Below, one piece after another: positions 22,282 to 32,228 of a DNA stretch of 64,000 nucleotides. Positions within the stretch are counted from its first letter, which is position 1. Every line of letters starts with the position of its first letter. Below the pieces are notes generated by a model that was not told where the DNA came from, made no database searches, and saw nothing but the letters and a program-made list of their open reading frames with translations. The stretch is from NCBI GenBank assembly GCA_009921175.1, contig RFYP01000001.1, positions 8,389 through 72,388 on the forward strand. The letters run 5' to 3'. This DNA is from Flavobacteriia bacterium (lineage in GTDB: Bacteria > Bacteroidota > Bacteroidia > Flavobacteriales > Flavobacteriaceae). A program made the position numbers and the translations under genes.

Positions 22282-23256
22282 ATGGCTGCCCTGTTTTCAT
22301 CTTTAAAGCAGCAAAAAGAACCCGCTCCAACGCGTAATTATCGTATTCGCCTTTTCGGTGCATTTGTCTTGTTGTCCCTTTTGTTTTGGGGGGTCACCAA
22401 ACTTTCAAATACCTATACCACAACGGTGCAAACCTCTTTGGTCATTGAGGGGGTTCCTCAGTCTATTGTACTCACCCAAAATCAGGCCCTTAATGCAACA
22501 ATGACCTTGTCTGCATCAGGTTTTCGGCTGATATGGTACCGCATTTTTCCTCCGGAGTTGATTGTCTACGTCGATGCATCCCTTTTTGACCCCATGCAAA
22601 ACAACGTACTTGTCGAGTTGACTCTACAGCAAGAGTCCCTCGAAGTTCAATTGCGGGAAGGAGTAGAAATCAAGGCAATCCGCCCCCTGCAATTGCCGAT
22701 AAATTACGCGATTTTAACCCAAAAAAACGTAGCGGTATTGGCCCAAAACCCACCACTATTTGAAAAAGGATACGGCCTAACTTTACCCGTTCAAATTGTT
22801 CCCGATTCGCTAACTGTCTTTGGTGCTGCTCCTGTTTTGGATACCCTAGCCGCAGTGTATTTTGAATATAATTCGTCCAGGCCGATAACCGAAGATTTTG
22901 AAGCGACCGCAACCCTAATCCCCCCTCAAAATGTAAGGCTTTCTCGGTCTGATATCGTGTATCGTGGCCAGGTTTCGCGTTTTACCGAAAAGTCCTTTGA
23001 AGTACCGCTTTCCAAGTCAGCACTGGCCGATAGCCTCACCGTAAAGCTTTTTCCCGACAACGTTCGGGTCGTTTTTTCAGTACCCTTAGACCGGGCCAAT
23101 GAAATTCAACCCCAAGGGTTTGTCTTTGCGGTCGATTTTACCAATATCAACCCCTTAGTTTCTGAACAGCTGGAGGTACAACTGGTCAATCAGCCGGAGG
23201 GCATTAAAAACCTACGATGGGAACCTCAAAAAATTCAATACCTGATACGAAAATGA
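22282..23256 (+). CDS. Membrane-anchored YbbR-like repeat protein
   Basis: One N-terminal TM helix, then repeated beta-rich modules. This call is weak. Confidence 0.5.
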   Translation: MAALFSSLKQQKEPAPTRNYRIRLFGAFVLLSLLFWGVTKLSNTYTTTVQTSLVIEGVPQSIVLTQNQALNATMTLSASGFRLIWYRIFPPELIVYVDASLFDPMQNNVLVELTLQQESLEVQLREGVEIKAIRPLQLPINYAILTQKNVAVLAQNPPLFEKGYGLTLPVQIVPDSLTVFGAAPVLDTLAAVYFEYNSSRPITEDFEATATLIPPQNVRLSRSDIVYRGQVSRFTEKSFEVPLSKSALADSLTVKLFPDNVRVVFSVPLDRANEIQPQGFVFAVDFTNINPLVSEQLEVQLVNQPEGIKNLRWEPQKIQYLIRK

Positions 23257-23855
23257 TGATAGTAGGCGTTACTGGTGGTATCGGAAGTGGCAAATCACGT
23301 GTGATGGATTTTTTTGCTGCCAAAGGCGCTCCTTGTTTTAGTGCCGATCAAGCAGGACACCAAGTACTCGAGCATAACCCAGCTGTAGTTCACGCGGTAA
23401 AAGCCATTTTTGGTGACGATCTGTACAATGACCAAAATCAATTGAACCGAAAGCGATTGGCGGCGATGGTATTTTCTGATACTGCCAAACTGCAACTGCT
23501 TAACGGGATCGTCCATCCTGCAGTTGCAATTGCTTTTGAGGCTTTTGTGTCCACCCATGCCTTAGCCCCACTCGTGTTTAAAGAAGCCGCAATTTTGTTT
23601 GAATCGGGCGCGGCCAAACACTGTGACAAAACTGTACTAATTACTGCGCCCCTGTCTGTGCGTATAGAAAGAGTGCAACGAAGGGACAACAGCCCAGAAG
23701 AGGCCATAATAGCGCGTATAGCCTTGCAATGGCCGGATGAAAAGAAAATTACCCTGGCTGATTTTGTGCTTGAAAATCAACACTGGGACATTACCTTAGT
23801 GCAACTCGAAAAATTATACCAATCGCTACTCATTCAAGCGAATGCCACGGATTAA
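23253..23855 (+). CDS. coaE: Dephospho-CoA kinase
   Basis: IVGVTGGIGSGKS P-loop. ATGA overlap with the upstream stop. Confidence 0.85.
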   Translation: MMIVGVTGGIGSGKSRVMDFFAAKGAPCFSADQAGHQVLEHNPAVVHAVKAIFGDDLYNDQNQLNRKRLAAMVFSDTAKLQLLNGIVHPAVAIAFEAFVSTHALAPLVFKEAAILFESGAAKHCDKTVLITAPLSVRIERVQRRDNSPEEAIIARIALQWPDEKKITLADFVLENQHWDITLVQLEKLYQSLLIQANATD

Positions 23856-23927
23856 CATACTGTTATGAAAAAAACTCCTACATTATATAGAAATTTGCAA
23901 ATGGTATAACCAACACCAGTAAACACC

Positions 23928-25514
23928 TTGAAAAAAACGAACTTTATCGTATTGCTTTCACTGATGATCCTATCAATAGTAGGGATTGTTTGGCTGCAAG
24001 GGTATTGGTTATACAGCTCTTGGGAAAACAAAGAAGAAGAATTTTCGTTGTCGGTCAATCAATCTTTGCAAAAGGTAGCCCAAGAAATTCAACAGCGCGA
24101 AATTAACGACTATATCATAGCCTATCAAAAATTAATCGATTCGGTTGGGACACCTAACGATTCTAATTTCACCGATATCTTTTTCTTTATGGATGAGGAC
24201 GAAACCAGTAATCTGTCCACTTTTTTTGCCTATGGCATCTTGCAAGAAGACTACAATGTTCCTCCTCCTTTTCCCGAAGCAAACGCTGGAAATAATCAAA
24301 CGGTGACGGATTATAAAAAAGTGCGCACCACAGCGATTATAAGCAACGAGGTTTTTAACCGTGAAAACAAGATGGTTTCGACTATCCAAAAACTAAAACG
24401 GGTCGATCGTCTCAGTGCATTCGATCAGGTAAAATACCGGGAGGCCTTTATGGAATATGCCGGAACCCTACCCATTCATAGGCGACTGAATAACCCCGAA
24501 TTGGCCTTTTTGTTAAAGCGGGCGTTTGATGAGAAAAAAATTACCCTTCCCTATGAATTTGGGATTTACAATGCAGGATTGGCCACCCGAATACGATCAA
24601 ACAATTACCACGAAATCCGCGAAGGACCACAATACTCTACTCCTGTATTTACAAATGACCAAGGAGTGACCCCGTATGAACTAGTCGTTACTTTTCCAGA
24701 CCGTGACCGTTATGTACTGTCGTCAATTTTTGGCGTTGCCGGCTTGTCTTTACTACTCACGCTATTCATTATTTTGGTTTCAACCGGAGCGATATATCAA
24801 ATCATTCGACAGAAAAAGATTTCGGAAATCAAAACCGACTTTATCAATAATATGTCGCATGAATTTAAAACACCCATTTCGACCATCAACTTGGCCTTGG
24901 ATGCGATTGGAAATCCCAAGATTCTTAAATCCCCGGATTTGATTCATAAATACACCCATATGATTCGTGAAGAAAATACACGCATGTTGACCCAGGTAGA
25001 AAATGTCCTACGCATCTCACAATTGGAGCGTAGCAACACACCGATGGAGTTTATCGCCTTGGATCTAAAAGCCCTGGTCGAAGAGGCCATTTCGCATGTG
25101 GCCCTTATAGTAGAAAGCAAGTCGGGTTATATTAAAACACACTTTGGCGATGAGGATGCAACTTTTCTTGGCAATCAAAATCATTTTCTAAATGTCATTA
25201 TTAACGTCTTGGATAATGCGATTAAATATGCAGCAGGACCACCTAAAGTTGATATATATATTCTGCGGGAGGACAAGGAATTGATTTTAAAAATCGCCGA
25301 TCAAGGTATCGGAATGAACGCAAATACCCAAAAACATGTTTTTGAAAAATTTTACCGAGCACAGACGGGTAATGTGCACGATATCAAAGGGCATGGCTTA
25401 GGACTGGCCTATGTTAAGAATATCGTTGACGTGCATCATGGTAAAATTAATTTGACCAGCAAAAAGGGGGAGGGCACTACATTTTCGATTCATTTACCCC
25501 ACAATACTAACTGA
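23928..25514 (+). CDS. Two-component sensor histidine kinase
   Basis: Two TM segments, an H-box (NMSHEFKTP), and N/G1/G2 boxes (DNAIKY, DQGIGM, GHGLGLA). TTG start. Confidence 0.85.
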   Translation: MKKTNFIVLLSLMILSIVGIVWLQGYWLYSSWENKEEEFSLSVNQSLQKVAQEIQQREINDYIIAYQKLIDSVGTPNDSNFTDIFFFMDEDETSNLSTFFAYGILQEDYNVPPPFPEANAGNNQTVTDYKKVRTTAIISNEVFNRENKMVSTIQKLKRVDRLSAFDQVKYREAFMEYAGTLPIHRRLNNPELAFLLKRAFDEKKITLPYEFGIYNAGLATRIRSNNYHEIREGPQYSTPVFTNDQGVTPYELVVTFPDRDRYVLSSIFGVAGLSLLLTLFIILVSTGAIYQIIRQKKISEIKTDFINNMSHEFKTPISTINLALDAIGNPKILKSPDLIHKYTHMIREENTRMLTQVENVLRISQLERSNTPMEFIALDLKALVEEAISHVALIVESKSGYIKTHFGDEDATFLGNQNHFLNVIINVLDNAIKYAAGPPKVDIYILREDKELILKIADQGIGMNANTQKHVFEKFYRAQTGNVHDIKGHGLGLAYVKNIVDVHHGKINLTSKKGEGTTFSIHLPHNTN

Positions 25515-25531
25515 TTTAGAAAGGAAGACCT

Positions 25532-26233
25532 ATGGCACATAAAAAAATTCTTATCGTTGAAGATGACCCTAACTTTGGCAGTATCCTTAGGGATTACCTA
25601 ACCCTTAATGACTATGACGTTACCTTGGCCAAAAATGGAATAGAAGGTTTAGAAAAATTCAAAAAGGAGGATTTTGACCTTTGTATTTTGGATGTGATGA
25701 TGCCTTATAAAGATGGTTTTACCTTGGCCAAAGAAATTCGAGAAAAAAACGAAACCGTGCCCCTTATTTTTCTTACAGCCAAATCCCTTAAAGAAGATGT
25801 TCTTAAAGGGTTTAAGCTCGGTGCCGACGACTACCTCACCAAGCCTTTTGACTCGGACATACTGCTGGCCAAAGTAAAAGCCATCCTTAACCGTAGGGTG
25901 TCTAAAACCAACACCGTCGATTCGGACGAACATTTATTCACCATCGGTGCATTTCATTTCAATTCCAAACTACGGTTTCTTAGCTACCAACAACAAGATC
26001 CGCTTAAGCTATCGCCCAAAGAAAATCAATTGTTGCGCCTTTTGGTTCTTCATCTCAACGACCTCCTTCCCCGTGACATTGCCCTAAACAAAATTTGGCG
26101 AGACGATAATTATTTCACGTCAAGAAGCATGGATGTCTATATCGCCAAACTGCGGAAGTACTTACGTCAAGATCCCAAAGTGGAAATCCTCAACATTCAT
26201 GGCGAAGGTTTTCGGTTGGTGGTCAGCGACTAA
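25532..26233 (+). CDS. OmpR-family response regulator
   Basis: Receiver domain (ILIVEDD, LDVMMP, K at the expected position) plus a winged-helix output domain. Confidence 0.9.
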   Translation: MAHKKILIVEDDPNFGSILRDYLTLNDYDVTLAKNGIEGLEKFKKEDFDLCILDVMMPYKDGFTLAKEIREKNETVPLIFLTAKSLKEDVLKGFKLGADDYLTKPFDSDILLAKVKAILNRRVSKTNTVDSDEHLFTIGAFHFNSKLRFLSYQQQDPLKLSPKENQLLRLLVLHLNDLLPRDIALNKIWRDDNYFTSRSMDVYIAKLRKYLRQDPKVEILNIHGEGFRLVVSD

Positions 26234-26239
26234 TATTCT

Positions 26240-27142
26240 TTAAGAAGAAGCTCTGGGGTGAAATTTCTCCAGGGTAGTGGAGAGAAACTGGGTATCCACA
26301 TGGGTGTAAATCTCAGTCGTGGTTATGCTTTCGTGACCCAACATCAGCTGGATGGCCCGGAGGTCTGCACCGTTTTCGAGTAGATGTGTCGCAAACGAAT
26401 GACGAAGGGTATGCGGACTGATGGTTTTTTTGATGCCTGCTTTTTCTCCAAGTTTTTGCACGATAAGAAACACCATATTGCGGCTGAGGGATTTACCATT
26501 GCGGTTAAGAAAAACGATGTCTTCGCTTCCCGAACTAATTTTTTGATGGTTTCTGATTTCGTGGAGATAGTGCTTTAGATATTGACGGGCATAATCACCT
26601 AGGGGGACTAATCGCTGTTTGCTTCCTTTGCCAAAAACACGAACGAGTTTTTCTTTAAAAAAAAGATCAGAAATTTTAAGGCCAATCAGTTCACTCACCC
26701 GAAGCCCGCTACCATAAAGGGTTTCTAAAATCGCGCGGTTGCGATGCCCTTGGGGTTCTGAGAGGTCAATCGCCTGAATCAGTTCATCGATTTCATCATG
26801 GCTGAGGGTATCGGGAAGTTTTCGCCCCAACTTGGGCGTTTCGAGCAGGGAGGTGGGTTGATCGGTTCTGTAGCCTTCAAAAACCAAGTATTTAAAAAAA
26901 CTCTTTAATCCCGAAATACGCCTACTCTGCGAATATGCACTGTATTGCTTGGCTTGTTCATAGACAAACTGTTGGATGAGTTCCCGATCGATGTTTTCGG
27001 GGGTTGCCAAACTGTTGTGGGTGGCTAAAAACTGGCGGAGGGCTTTGAGATCGTCCAGGTAGCTTTTTAGCGTGTTTTCGGACAAGCCTCGTTCTATACG
27101 GAGGTAGTTTTGGTATCCTTTAATGATCGCTTCCCAAGCCAT
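26240..27142 (-). CDS. xerD: Site-specific tyrosine recombinase XerD
   Basis: SAM-like N-domain and the catalytic R..HxxR..Y set (LRHSFATHLL, GHESITTTEIYTHV). Start moved to ATG (MAWEAI). Confidence 0.85.
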   Translation of the reverse strand: MAWEAIIKGYQNYLRIERGLSENTLKSYLDDLKALRQFLATHNSLATPENIDRELIQQFVYEQAKQYSAYSQSRRISGLKSFFKYLVFEGYRTDQPTSLLETPKLGRKLPDTLSHDEIDELIQAIDLSEPQGHRNRAILETLYGSGLRVSELIGLKISDLFFKEKLVRVFGKGSKQRLVPLGDYARQYLKHYLHEIRNHQKISSGSEDIVFLNRNGKSLSRNMVFLIVQKLGEKAGIKKTISPHTLRHSFATHLLENGADLRAIQLMLGHESITTTEIYTHVDTQFLSTTLEKFHPRASS

Positions 27143-27234
27143 GAGGTTGTATAAAATTAAAAGTATAAAAAAACCACGACTTTTAAAGAGGGAGCTAGAC
27201 AAAGAAAAAATGTATTTTTACACAAATTTACCAC

Positions 27235-27654
27235 ATGAAAATTGCCATCATCAACGGTCCCAATCTCAATTTATTAGGCACACGTGAACCTTCGGTGTAC
27301 GGTTCGGAGACGTTTGAGCAATATTATGAGACTTTGCAAAAAGATTTTCCACAGGTAGAGTTTTCCTACTTTCAATCCAATGTTGAGGGGGAGTTAATCA
27401 ATCATTTACAAGCCGTTGGTTTTTCTGTGGATGGAATCCTCCTCAATGCAGCCGCTTACACCCATACTTCGGTGGGCTTAGGCGATGCAGTCAAAGCCAT
27501 CGATGCACCGGTGGTGGAAATACATATTTCAAACACCTTTGCCCGGGAGTCTTTTAGGCATCAGTCCTACTTATCTCCTGTGGTTAAGGGCATAATGGTA
27601 GGGTTTGGCTTAGACAGTTATCGTCTGGGCGTGATGAGCTTTTTAACCCCTTGA
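27235..27654 (+). CDS. aroQ: Type II 3-dehydroquinate dehydratase
   Basis: INGPNLNLLG.REP.VYG and HISN motifs. Confidence 0.9.
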   Translation: MKIAIINGPNLNLLGTREPSVYGSETFEQYYETLQKDFPQVEFSYFQSNVEGELINHLQAVGFSVDGILLNAAAYTHTSVGLGDAVKAIDAPVVEIHISNTFARESFRHQSYLSPVVKGIMVGFGLDSYRLGVMSFLTP

Positions 27655-27655
27655 T

Positions 27656-29044
27656 TTAAAGGTGAATTACTTCGTCGTAGGCATCTGCTACGGCTTCCAT
27701 AACGGCTTCACTCATTGTTGGATGCGGATGAACGGCCTTAAGTACTTCATGTCCTGTTGTTTCGAGTTTTCTACCCAGGACGGCTTCAGCGATCATATCA
27801 GTTACACCGGCCCCGATCATATGGCAGCCAAGCCATTCGCCGTATTTGGCGTCAAAAATGACTTTGACAAACCCATCGGAATGACCGGAGGCTTGCGCTT
27901 TTCCTGATGCTGAAAAAGGGAATTTACCGACTTTAATGGTATAGCCTTGTTCTTTGGCCTGGGCTTCGGTGAGTCCAACCGAAGCGATTTCTGGGCTGCA
28001 ATAGGTACATCCCGGGATATTGCCATAGTCGAGCGGTGTTACACTATGTCCGGCAATTTTTTCAACACAAAGAATTCCCTCCGCCGAGGCTACATGCGCT
28101 AGGGCAGGACCTTTGGTCACATCGCCTATAGCGTAATAACCGGGCATATTGGTTTGGTAAAAATCATCGACCAAGATTTTATCCCGATCCACAGCAATAC
28201 CCACTTCTTCAAGCCCAATATTTTCAATATTGGTTTTAATGCCTACGGCCGAAAGCACCAAATCGGCTTTGAGGGTTTCCTCACCTTTGGCCGTTTTGAC
28301 GGTAGCCGTTACGCCTTTGCCTGAGGTATCTACTTGAGTCACCTCCGATTGGGTCATGATCTGAATTCCACTTTTTTTGAACGAACGTTCGAGTTGTTTG
28401 GAGACCTCTTCGTCTTCTACCGGCACGATACGGTCCAAATATTCGAGGATGGTCACCTTTGTACCCATGGCGTTGTAAAAATAGGCAAATTCTGTGCCGA
28501 TGGCCCCGGAGCCAACAACGATTAATTCTTTGGGTTGTTTTTTAAGGGTCATTGCTTGGCGATAACCGATGACTTTCTTTCCGTCTTGAGGCAGGGCAGG
28601 AAGTTCACGTGAGCGAGCTCCGGTAGCAATGATGATGTTTTTAGCCGTGTATTCGGTTGTCTTACCTTGGTTTTCGATCGCAACTTTTTTTCCGGGGAGG
28701 ACTTTTCCAAAACCTTCGATGACGTCAATTTTATTTTTTTTCATCAAAAATTGAACCCCTTTGCTCATACCAGTGGCTACGTCACGACTGCGGTTAACCA
28801 CCGCATTAAAGTCTTTATGATAGTCTTTTACCGTAAGCCCATAGTCATCTGCATGTTTGAGGTATTCAAATACTTGCGCAGATTTAAGCAGTGCTTTGGT
28901 TGGGATACACCCCCAATTGAGGCATACTCCGCCGAGGCTTTCTTTTTCGACGATTGCCGTTTTCATTCCTAATTGGGCTGCACGGATGGCAGTTACATAA
29001 CCTCCGGGCCCCGATCCTAACACTATAATATCGTATGCGCTCAT
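27656..29044 (-). CDS. lpdA: Dihydrolipoyl dehydrogenase
   Basis: GSGPGGY FAD motif, redox disulfide GGVCLNWGCIPTK, and C-terminal HPHPTMSE. Confidence 0.9.
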   Translation of the reverse strand: MSAYDIIVLGSGPGGYVTAIRAAQLGMKTAIVEKESLGGVCLNWGCIPTKALLKSAQVFEYLKHADDYGLTVKDYHKDFNAVVNRSRDVATGMSKGVQFLMKKNKIDVIEGFGKVLPGKKVAIENQGKTTEYTAKNIIIATGARSRELPALPQDGKKVIGYRQAMTLKKQPKELIVVGSGAIGTEFAYFYNAMGTKVTILEYLDRIVPVEDEEVSKQLERSFKKSGIQIMTQSEVTQVDTSGKGVTATVKTAKGEETLKADLVLSAVGIKTNIENIGLEEVGIAVDRDKILVDDFYQTNMPGYYAIGDVTKGPALAHVASAEGILCVEKIAGHSVTPLDYGNIPGCTYCSPEIASVGLTEAQAKEQGYTIKVGKFPFSASGKAQASGHSDGFVKVIFDAKYGEWLGCHMIGAGVTDMIAEAVLGRKLETTGHEVLKAVHPHPTMSEAVMEAVADAYDEVIHL

Positions 29045-29101
29045 GCTTTTCGGTTTAAATTCGATACAAAATTACAAAACTGTTTTGAGAACTCGGCTCC
29101 A

Positions 29102-29509
29102 TTAAGCCCCTTTGGACATAAAAAGGATACTTTCAGAATTGACACAATAGCGCACCCCCGTGGTCGTAGGGCCGTCATCAAATACATGGCCTTGATGTCC
29201 TCCGCAGTGCGCACAGACAATTTCGGTTCTGAGCATACCGTGTGAGCTGTCTTTGTGGTATTCGAGTGCACCCTCAACAGCCTGATCAAAACTGGGCCAT
29301 CCGCAGTGGCTGTCAAATTTGGTTTTGCTTTCAAACAAAAGGGTCCCACAGCCTTTGCAGTGGTAGTTTCCGTTTTCAAAATGGTTGCAATACTCCCCAC
29401 TAAAGGGATATTCAGTTCCTTTTTCTCGGAGAACCCGATAGGCCTCCGGGCTAAGGGATTGTTGCCACTCTTGGTCGGTCTTGTGATAGGGATACTTATT
29501 CTTTTCCAT
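29102..29509 (-). CDS. msrB: Peptide-methionine (R)-S-oxide reductase, cytoplasmic copy
   Basis: Two CxxC zinc motifs, GWPSF, and catalytic RYCVN. No signal peptide from ATG 29509. Confidence 0.85.
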   Translation of the reverse strand: MEKNKYPYHKTDQEWQQSLSPEAYRVLREKGTEYPFSGEYCNHFENGNYHCKGCGTLLFESKTKFDSHCGWPSFDQAVEGALEYHKDSSHGMLRTEIVCAHCGGHQGHVFDDGPTTTGVRYCVNSESILFMSKGA

Positions 29510-29984
29510 CAGAGGGAATAAAGTTAAGGGCAGCAGCATTGATACAATGTCTTTTACCGGTGGTATCGCGGGGACCATCTTCAAACATATGCCCAAGATG
29601 CCCTCCACAGTTGTTGCATCTAAGTTCGGTTCGGGGATAGCCTAATTTATAATCCACATCGTATTCAAGATGGGCATCGACTCCCTGATCAAATGAGGGC
29701 CAACCACTTTTGGAGTCGTATTTGTTTTCGGAACGATACAATAACTGCCCACATCCGGCACAATGGTAGTTTCCTGCTTGTTCATTTTTGTTGAGGGCAC
29801 TACTAAAAGCGCGTTCTGTACCGGCTTCCCGAAGAACATAATAGGCGAGTGGAGAAAGACTGGCTTTCCACTCGGCCTCGGTTTTGGTTACCGGATAGGT
29901 TTTGATTTCTTTTTTTTCTTTTTGTGCATTGCCTTGACAAGACATAAGCAAGAAGACCATCAATAGGGAGATTGAATATTTCAT
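29496..29984 (-). CDS. msrB: Peptide-methionine (R)-S-oxide reductase, exported lipoprotein copy
   Basis: Signal peptide with lipobox-like LLMSC, then a full MsrB domain (two CxxC, GWPSF, RHCIN). Confidence 0.8.
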   Translation of the reverse strand: MKYSISLLMVFLLMSCQGNAQKEKKEIKTYPVTKTEAEWKASLSPLAYYVLREAGTERAFSSALNKNEQAGNYHCAGCGQLLYRSENKYDSKSGWPSFDQGVDAHLEYDVDYKLGYPRTELRCNNCGGHLGHMFEDGPRDTTGKRHCINAAALNFIPSDGKE

Positions 29985-30140
29985 GGTTCAATTTTTTTTC
30001 AAAAATATTAAATAACCCGCGCATTGCATCGATAGGGGCTTTTAAATTCCTGTTAAAGTCTTATTGGATTATTCGCTTTTTAAAGGCCCTTCTAGCTTCG
30101 ATTAAAATTAGTACATTGGGCAAACTATAAACGTGGACGT

Positions 30141-31463
30141 ATGGGACTGCCAAAGGGAAGTAAAAAATTAATCAATGCCTGGGCCTTTTATGATTGGGCT
30201 AATTCGGTGTATTCGTTGGTCATTTCATCGGCCATTTTTCCGATTTATTTTGCTGCGCTTTTTGCGGACAATAACCGTATAGATTTTTTCGGGTATTCGG
30301 TCAAGAATACCGCCATGATCAGTTTTGTAACCGCTACTGCTTTTGTGTTTGTGGCCTTTATGTCGCCCTTATTGTCCGGTATTGCCGATTATATCGGGAA
30401 TAAAAAGCGTTTTATGAAACTTTTTGTCTATCTCGGTTCGTTGTCCTGCGTGGGTTTGTATTGGTTTGATTTAAACACCATTTACCTGGGTTTTTTCTTC
30501 TATTTTTTGGCCTTGATTGGGTTGTGGTCGAGTCTGGTGTTTTACAATTCCTATTTACCCGATATCGCGTATCCCGAGCAACAAAGCCGTGCAAGTGCCC
30601 GCGGATTTTCGATGGGCTATATCGGGAGTGTATTGTTGTTGTTGGTCAATTTGGCCATGGTGATGAATCCCAAAATGTTTGGCATAGCGGGCGAGGGCGG
30701 TGAGGCCTCCATGCAGGCCATGAAATATTCGTTTGTCATGGTCGGTGTTTGGTGGGCGGCTTTTAGCCAAATCCCTTTCCATTACCTCCCCAAGGGCACA
30801 CACAACCGCAAGGTCTCCAAAGACATACTCTGGAACGGCTTTAAAGAATTACGTCAGGTATGGCACCAACTTCAAGGATTGGCCAATCTTAAACGGTTTT
30901 TACCCGCCTTTTTTCTTTACAGTACAGCACTTCAAACGGTTATGCTGATTGCCGCCTACTTTGGCGAAGAAGAAATTACTTGGGCCAGTAGCGACGAAAA
31001 AACCATGGGGCTGATTGTCAGTATCCTATTGATTCAACTGGTAGCCATAGCCGGTGCTCAGCTCACGGCCAAGACCGCCGAAAAAATTGGGGATATCCAG
31101 ACTTTGATCATCATTAACGTCATTTGGGCTTCTTTGTGTGTCTATGCCTATTTTGTAACCACACCGATACAGTTCTACATCGCTGCAGGATCGGTAGGGA
31201 TGGTTATGGGCGGTATGCAAGCCCTTTCACGAGCGACCTATTCCAAGATGCTTCCTGAGACCGAAGACACGACTTCTTTTTTTAGTTTTTATGATGTGAC
31301 CGAAAAAATTGGCATCATCATCGGTATGTCCTTGTTCGGTATCATCGATCAAATTACCGGCAGTATGCGTAACAGCATTTTATTTTTCTTGGTTCTTTTT
31401 ATTGCCGGGGGATTGCTGCTCACGCAAGTACCCGCCTACAAAAATCGGCTTAAAACCCGCTGA
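30141..31463 (+). CDS. MFS transporter (UMF1/Atg22-like family)
   Basis: About 12 predicted TM helices. N-terminus WAFYDWANSVY is typical of UMF1. Confidence 0.7.
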   Translation: MGLPKGSKKLINAWAFYDWANSVYSLVISSAIFPIYFAALFADNNRIDFFGYSVKNTAMISFVTATAFVFVAFMSPLLSGIADYIGNKKRFMKLFVYLGSLSCVGLYWFDLNTIYLGFFFYFLALIGLWSSLVFYNSYLPDIAYPEQQSRASARGFSMGYIGSVLLLLVNLAMVMNPKMFGIAGEGGEASMQAMKYSFVMVGVWWAAFSQIPFHYLPKGTHNRKVSKDILWNGFKELRQVWHQLQGLANLKRFLPAFFLYSTALQTVMLIAAYFGEEEITWASSDEKTMGLIVSILLIQLVAIAGAQLTAKTAEKIGDIQTLIIINVIWASLCVYAYFVTTPIQFYIAAGSVGMVMGGMQALSRATYSKMLPETEDTTSFFSFYDVTEKIGIIIGMSLFGIIDQITGSMRNSILFFLVLFIAGGLLLTQVPAYKNRLKTR

Positions 31464-32217
31464 TCACTTTTCCGGAACCCACCACATTGGAGCGAATGTT
31501 TTGGCCCTGTTCACGGTCACAATATTTGACAATGCCGCTACCGCTAATGTTTACATCAAGACTTTGCAAAGGACAGGCATATATACGTCCCGAGCCCGAC
31601 AGCTTGGCTTCTACTGCATTGGATTCCATATTTTGTGCATCGACTTTTCCCGATCCTGAAAGTGCCAAAATGAGTTTTTTTGTATGGCCACGAACAACGA
31701 TTTTTCCCGAACCACTGAGTTTGGCTTCTACTTTTTGGGCATCCAAAGCTACATCAAGAGAGCCTGATCCGGAGAGTTTACTGCTAAATTGATGCGCTTT
31801 AAGCGGTTGTTCGGAAGTGATTTTACCGGAACCCGAAAGGCTTAAACCGTCGATTACATCAACCGTTATAAAAATTTCGATGTTTCTAAATTGCCTATGC
31901 ATGTTTTGAAACTTGACCTTTGGTTTAGTACCGATTTTTAAGGTTCCGCCTTCGACTTTGGTTTCAATGAGTTCGAGGGATTTTGAGGCACCACGCAAGA
32001 CGACTTCACCTTCTTTTCCCGGGTTGAGGGTGACTTTAAAAGGCCCTGCTATCGCGATGGACTCAAACGAGCCTACCTGGCGTATGTCCTCTTGTTGGCT
32101 CACATTTTTGGCTGTGCCCCAACCGTGGGCTGCGTTGTAGGTGATGTGTTGGTTTTGTGGTTGTGCATTGGCATAAAAAAAGCAAAGCACGAGACTAAAG
32201 AATAGGGGAGTTTTCAT
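31450..32217 (-). CDS. Secreted beta-repeat protein (DUF2807 / GIN-head adhesin-like)
   Basis: Signal peptide, then at least 6 copies of an SGSG(K/S/R)(I/L/V) motif spaced about 20 aa apart. Confidence 0.6.
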   Translation of the reverse strand: MKTPLFFSLVLCFFYANAQPQNQHITYNAAHGWGTAKNVSQQEDIRQVGSFESIAIAGPFKVTLNPGKEGEVVLRGASKSLELIETKVEGGTLKIGTKPKVKFQNMHRQFRNIEIFITVDVIDGLSLSGSGKITSEQPLKAHQFSSKLSGSGSLDVALDAQKVEAKLSGSGKIVVRGHTKKLILALSGSGKVDAQNMESNAVEAKLSGSGRIYACPLQSLDVNISGSGIVKYCDREQGQNIRSNVVGSGKVISGF

Positions 32218-32228
32218 AAGGGTATTTT

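Noticed and set aside
26240-27202. Tyrosine recombinase as a marker of an integrated mobile element
   Set aside because: It is a full-length XerD-type protein sitting among housekeeping genes. I saw no flanking direct repeats, tRNA target, or cargo genes.
30028-30102. Imperfect long-range inverted repeat (ATCGATAGGGGCTTTTAAA ... TTTAAAGGCCCTTCTAGCTTCGAT) in the msrB/MFS divergent spacer
   Set aside because: The pairing is interrupted by an asymmetric internal loop and a bulge, and half of it is the self-complementary TTTAAA. I cannot distinguish it from chance in an AT-rich promoter region without comparative data.
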